From assembly GCA_965208325.1 (NCBI GenBank), contig OZ242326.1, forward strand, positions 1,984,001 through 2,048,000: DNA of 64,000 bases, read 5' to 3'. The notes beneath the pieces were generated by a model. The model worked only from the letters and a program-made list of their open reading frames with translations. It was not told the DNA's origin and did not search any database. Every line of letters begins with the position of its first letter. Position 1 is the stretch's first letter. This document shows, piece by piece, positions 61,983-64,000 of the stretch. This DNA comes from Candidatus Poribacteria bacterium. GTDB taxonomy: Bacteria; Poribacteria; WGA-4E; PCPOR2b. The position numbers were made by a program, and so were the translations under genes.

Positions 61983-63089
61983 ATGAACCCGCCTTCAACG
62001 CAAAAACGATTCTCCCACCCGCCAAAAAACGACCTCCTGCTTCGTGCTGCGCGCCGTCTTTCGGTTGAACGGGTGCCTGTCTGGATGATGCGGCAGGCCG
62101 GACGTTCGGATCCGGCTTACAGGGCACTACGCAAACGCCTACAACTCCCATTGGAGCAGTTGTTTCGGGATGTCGATCGAGCGATTGAAATTTCGCTCAT
62201 GCCGCAACGTATTGGGGTTGATGCAATCATCATGTATCAGGATATTCTTACGCCGCTCACCCCGATGGGGGCGCACTTCCAATTCGCTCCGGGCCCCGTG
62301 TTGACGACACCGATTCGATCGCGAGCACAAGTCGAGGCGTTGCGACCGGTGCAGCCGCCGTCAGAATTGAAATTTGTAGGGGAAATCTTGAACGGGTTGC
62401 GTCAGAGTTTAGCTGGCGAATTACCGGTAGTCGGTTTTGCCGGCGCCCCGTTGACGCTGGCATTTTTTATGATTGCCGGCAAAAGCCCCATGAATGCGGG
62501 AAATGGAGTCTCTAATGCGGCGAGCCTTGTGTTTCAGTTTATGCGTGAGGAACCGCGTATTTTCCATAATTTGTTGGAACGCCTGACACGGCTGACGATT
62601 GATTATCTCAACTACCAGATTGCAGAAGGGGCGCATGCAGTGCAACTCTTTGAATCCATCGCGGATATCATTGATCGTGTGTGCTATGAAACCTTTGTTC
62701 AGCCTTATCACGAACAGATATTCGCCGAGTTAAATTCTAATTCAATAACTATTCTGTTTGCGAAGGAATGTCCTCATTTAGATCTCATGCTAAAAGCCGG
62801 TGCGGACGTATTGAGCGTCGGCACATGCGTAAATCTCGCAAAAGCGCAAGCGCAAGCTGCGGGGGAAGCCGCGTTTCAAGGAAACGTGGATAATAAAACC
62901 TTACGAGACGGTACCGCCGATGACATTTCGGCTGCTGTCAACCAATGCTTGAAAGAAGGCGGAAAAATTGGGCATATCCTGAACCTCAGCCACGGACTTT
63001 ACCGCGATACTCCATTTGAAAATGTGAAACATTTTGTGAAGGCCGCCAAAGTGTATGATTGGGACAATGAAACCGCCAAAAGAACATAG
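61983..63089 (+). CDS. hemE: Uroporphyrinogen decarboxylase
   Basis: PVWMMRQAGR, GFAGAP, QGNVD, HILNLSHG. Confidence 0.95.
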   Translation: MNPPSTQKRFSHPPKNDLLLRAARRLSVERVPVWMMRQAGRSDPAYRALRKRLQLPLEQLFRDVDRAIEISLMPQRIGVDAIIMYQDILTPLTPMGAHFQFAPGPVLTTPIRSRAQVEALRPVQPPSELKFVGEILNGLRQSLAGELPVVGFAGAPLTLAFFMIAGKSPMNAGNGVSNAASLVFQFMREEPRIFHNLLERLTRLTIDYLNYQIAEGAHAVQLFESIADIIDRVCYETFVQPYHEQIFAELNSNSITILFAKECPHLDLMLKAGADVLSVGTCVNLAKAQAQAAGEAAFQGNVDNKTLRDGTADDISAAVNQCLKEGGKIGHILNLSHGLYRDTPFENVKHFVKAAKVYDWDNETAKRT

Positions 63090-63107
63090 TCATTTTGAGG
63101 CGAGCAC

Positions 63108-64000
63108 ATGATTTCACCGCGAGAAAACCCCTTTGCGCCAAGAGTTTATGGGAGCCTCGAAAAGGTCACTGACCGAGTTTATCTCTTTCGAAATATTGTC
63201 AATTCATCAATTGTTATCGGTGACAACGGGGCCGCTGTGATTGATACGCAAGTTAATCAGCCGATGGCTCGCCGCTTGCTTCAGGCGGTTCGTACTGTGA
63301 CCGACAAGCCGATTGTTTGCACGATTAACACGCATTACCACTGGGACCACACCAATGGGAATATCGTCTTCCACAACGAGGGGGCAACGATTCTCTCACG
63401 GGCGATGACAAAAGAATTCATCGTCAACCGTGCCCCCCGGCAAAAAGCGTTTCTTCAATCGCGCGGGTTTGAATTGGGCGACGATCCCTATCTGCCCGAT
63501 GAGACCTTCTCAATGGAAACGGAAATCGATCTTGGCGGTCAGCCACTCCATCTCATTCACCTCGGCAAAGCAGAAACCGATGATGCCACAGCGGTTCGAA
63601 TCCCTAGGGAAGGCTGTATCGTTTCCGGCGATACGATCATGACGGGCAGCTTTCCCATTTTTGGCCAGCCGGTGATGAATGAGGGGCTCACGGCAAATCA
63701 CGATTGGATTGATACGATTCGGGAGTTGAGATACTATGGGCCGAAACATGTGCTGCCGGGTCATGGTCCCCTTGCCCATGACGAGGAGATTGATTTATTG
63801 ATTCAGATTGAGGCTTATTTCCTCAAGGAGGTCGAGGAGCGAGTTGAGCGCGGCATGAAGTTGCCTGAACTCATAGCAGATTTGGAAAGGGCATTGCCCG
63901 GCTGGATTACGCAAATCGCTGAAGTCTGGGGAACACCCCGTTATGCCATCCTGCGGGTGTATCGCGGATTGATTGACGACTCAGAGCCGGGTTGGCAACA
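63108..64000 (+). CDS. MBL-fold metallo-hydrolase, 3'-truncated by window edge
   Basis: Hand translation from ATG 63108: VIDTQ..INTHYHWDH..SGD..PGHG; absent from the ORF track because no stop codon falls in the window. Confidence 0.9.
   Translation, partial: MISPRENPFAPRVYGSLEKVTDRVYLFRNIVNSSIVIGDNGAAVIDTQVNQPMARRLLQAVRTVTDKPIVCTINTHYHWDHTNGNIVFHNEGATILSRAMTKEFIVNRAPRQKAFLQSRGFELGDDPYLPDETFSMETEIDLGGQPLHLIHLGKAETDDATAVRIPREGCIVSGDTIMTGSFPIFGQPVMNEGLTANHDWIDTIRELRYYGPKHVLPGHGPLAHDEEIDLLIQIEAYFLKEVEERVERGMKLPELIADLERALPGWITQIAEVWGTPRYAILRVYRGLIDDSEPGWQ

Overview
Bacterial genomic window, probably from Candidatus Poribacteria. This is inferred from LamG proteins ending in AVQPxGKxAxxWGxIK, four PhyH dioxygenases and a DUF6785-type membrane protein. 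It holds about 37 genes: MacAB-like efflux genes, a 2749-aa Ig-repeat surface protein, GH95-like and tricorn-like hydrolases, a gpsA/cytidylyltransferase/HAD operon, selA-selB-selC and hemE. Intergenic regions are unusually large and built from a small kit of GTAG/GTGG-footed REP-like palindromes, amplified into tandem arrays of 114, ~286, ~352 and ~423 bp. The best candidate for an undescribed system is a ~2.0-kb insertion at 49878-51875. It splits one copy of the palindrome AAACCGAGTTTTGAAGAAAAAACTCGGTTT, has 13-bp perfect sub-terminal inverted repeats, and encodes only two coupled paralogous DUF1670-like proteins with no recognisable transposase. Its ~210-bp non-coding end folds by eye into stem-loops whose internal loop partly matches the target site. 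Domain names come from motif recognition, not database searches.
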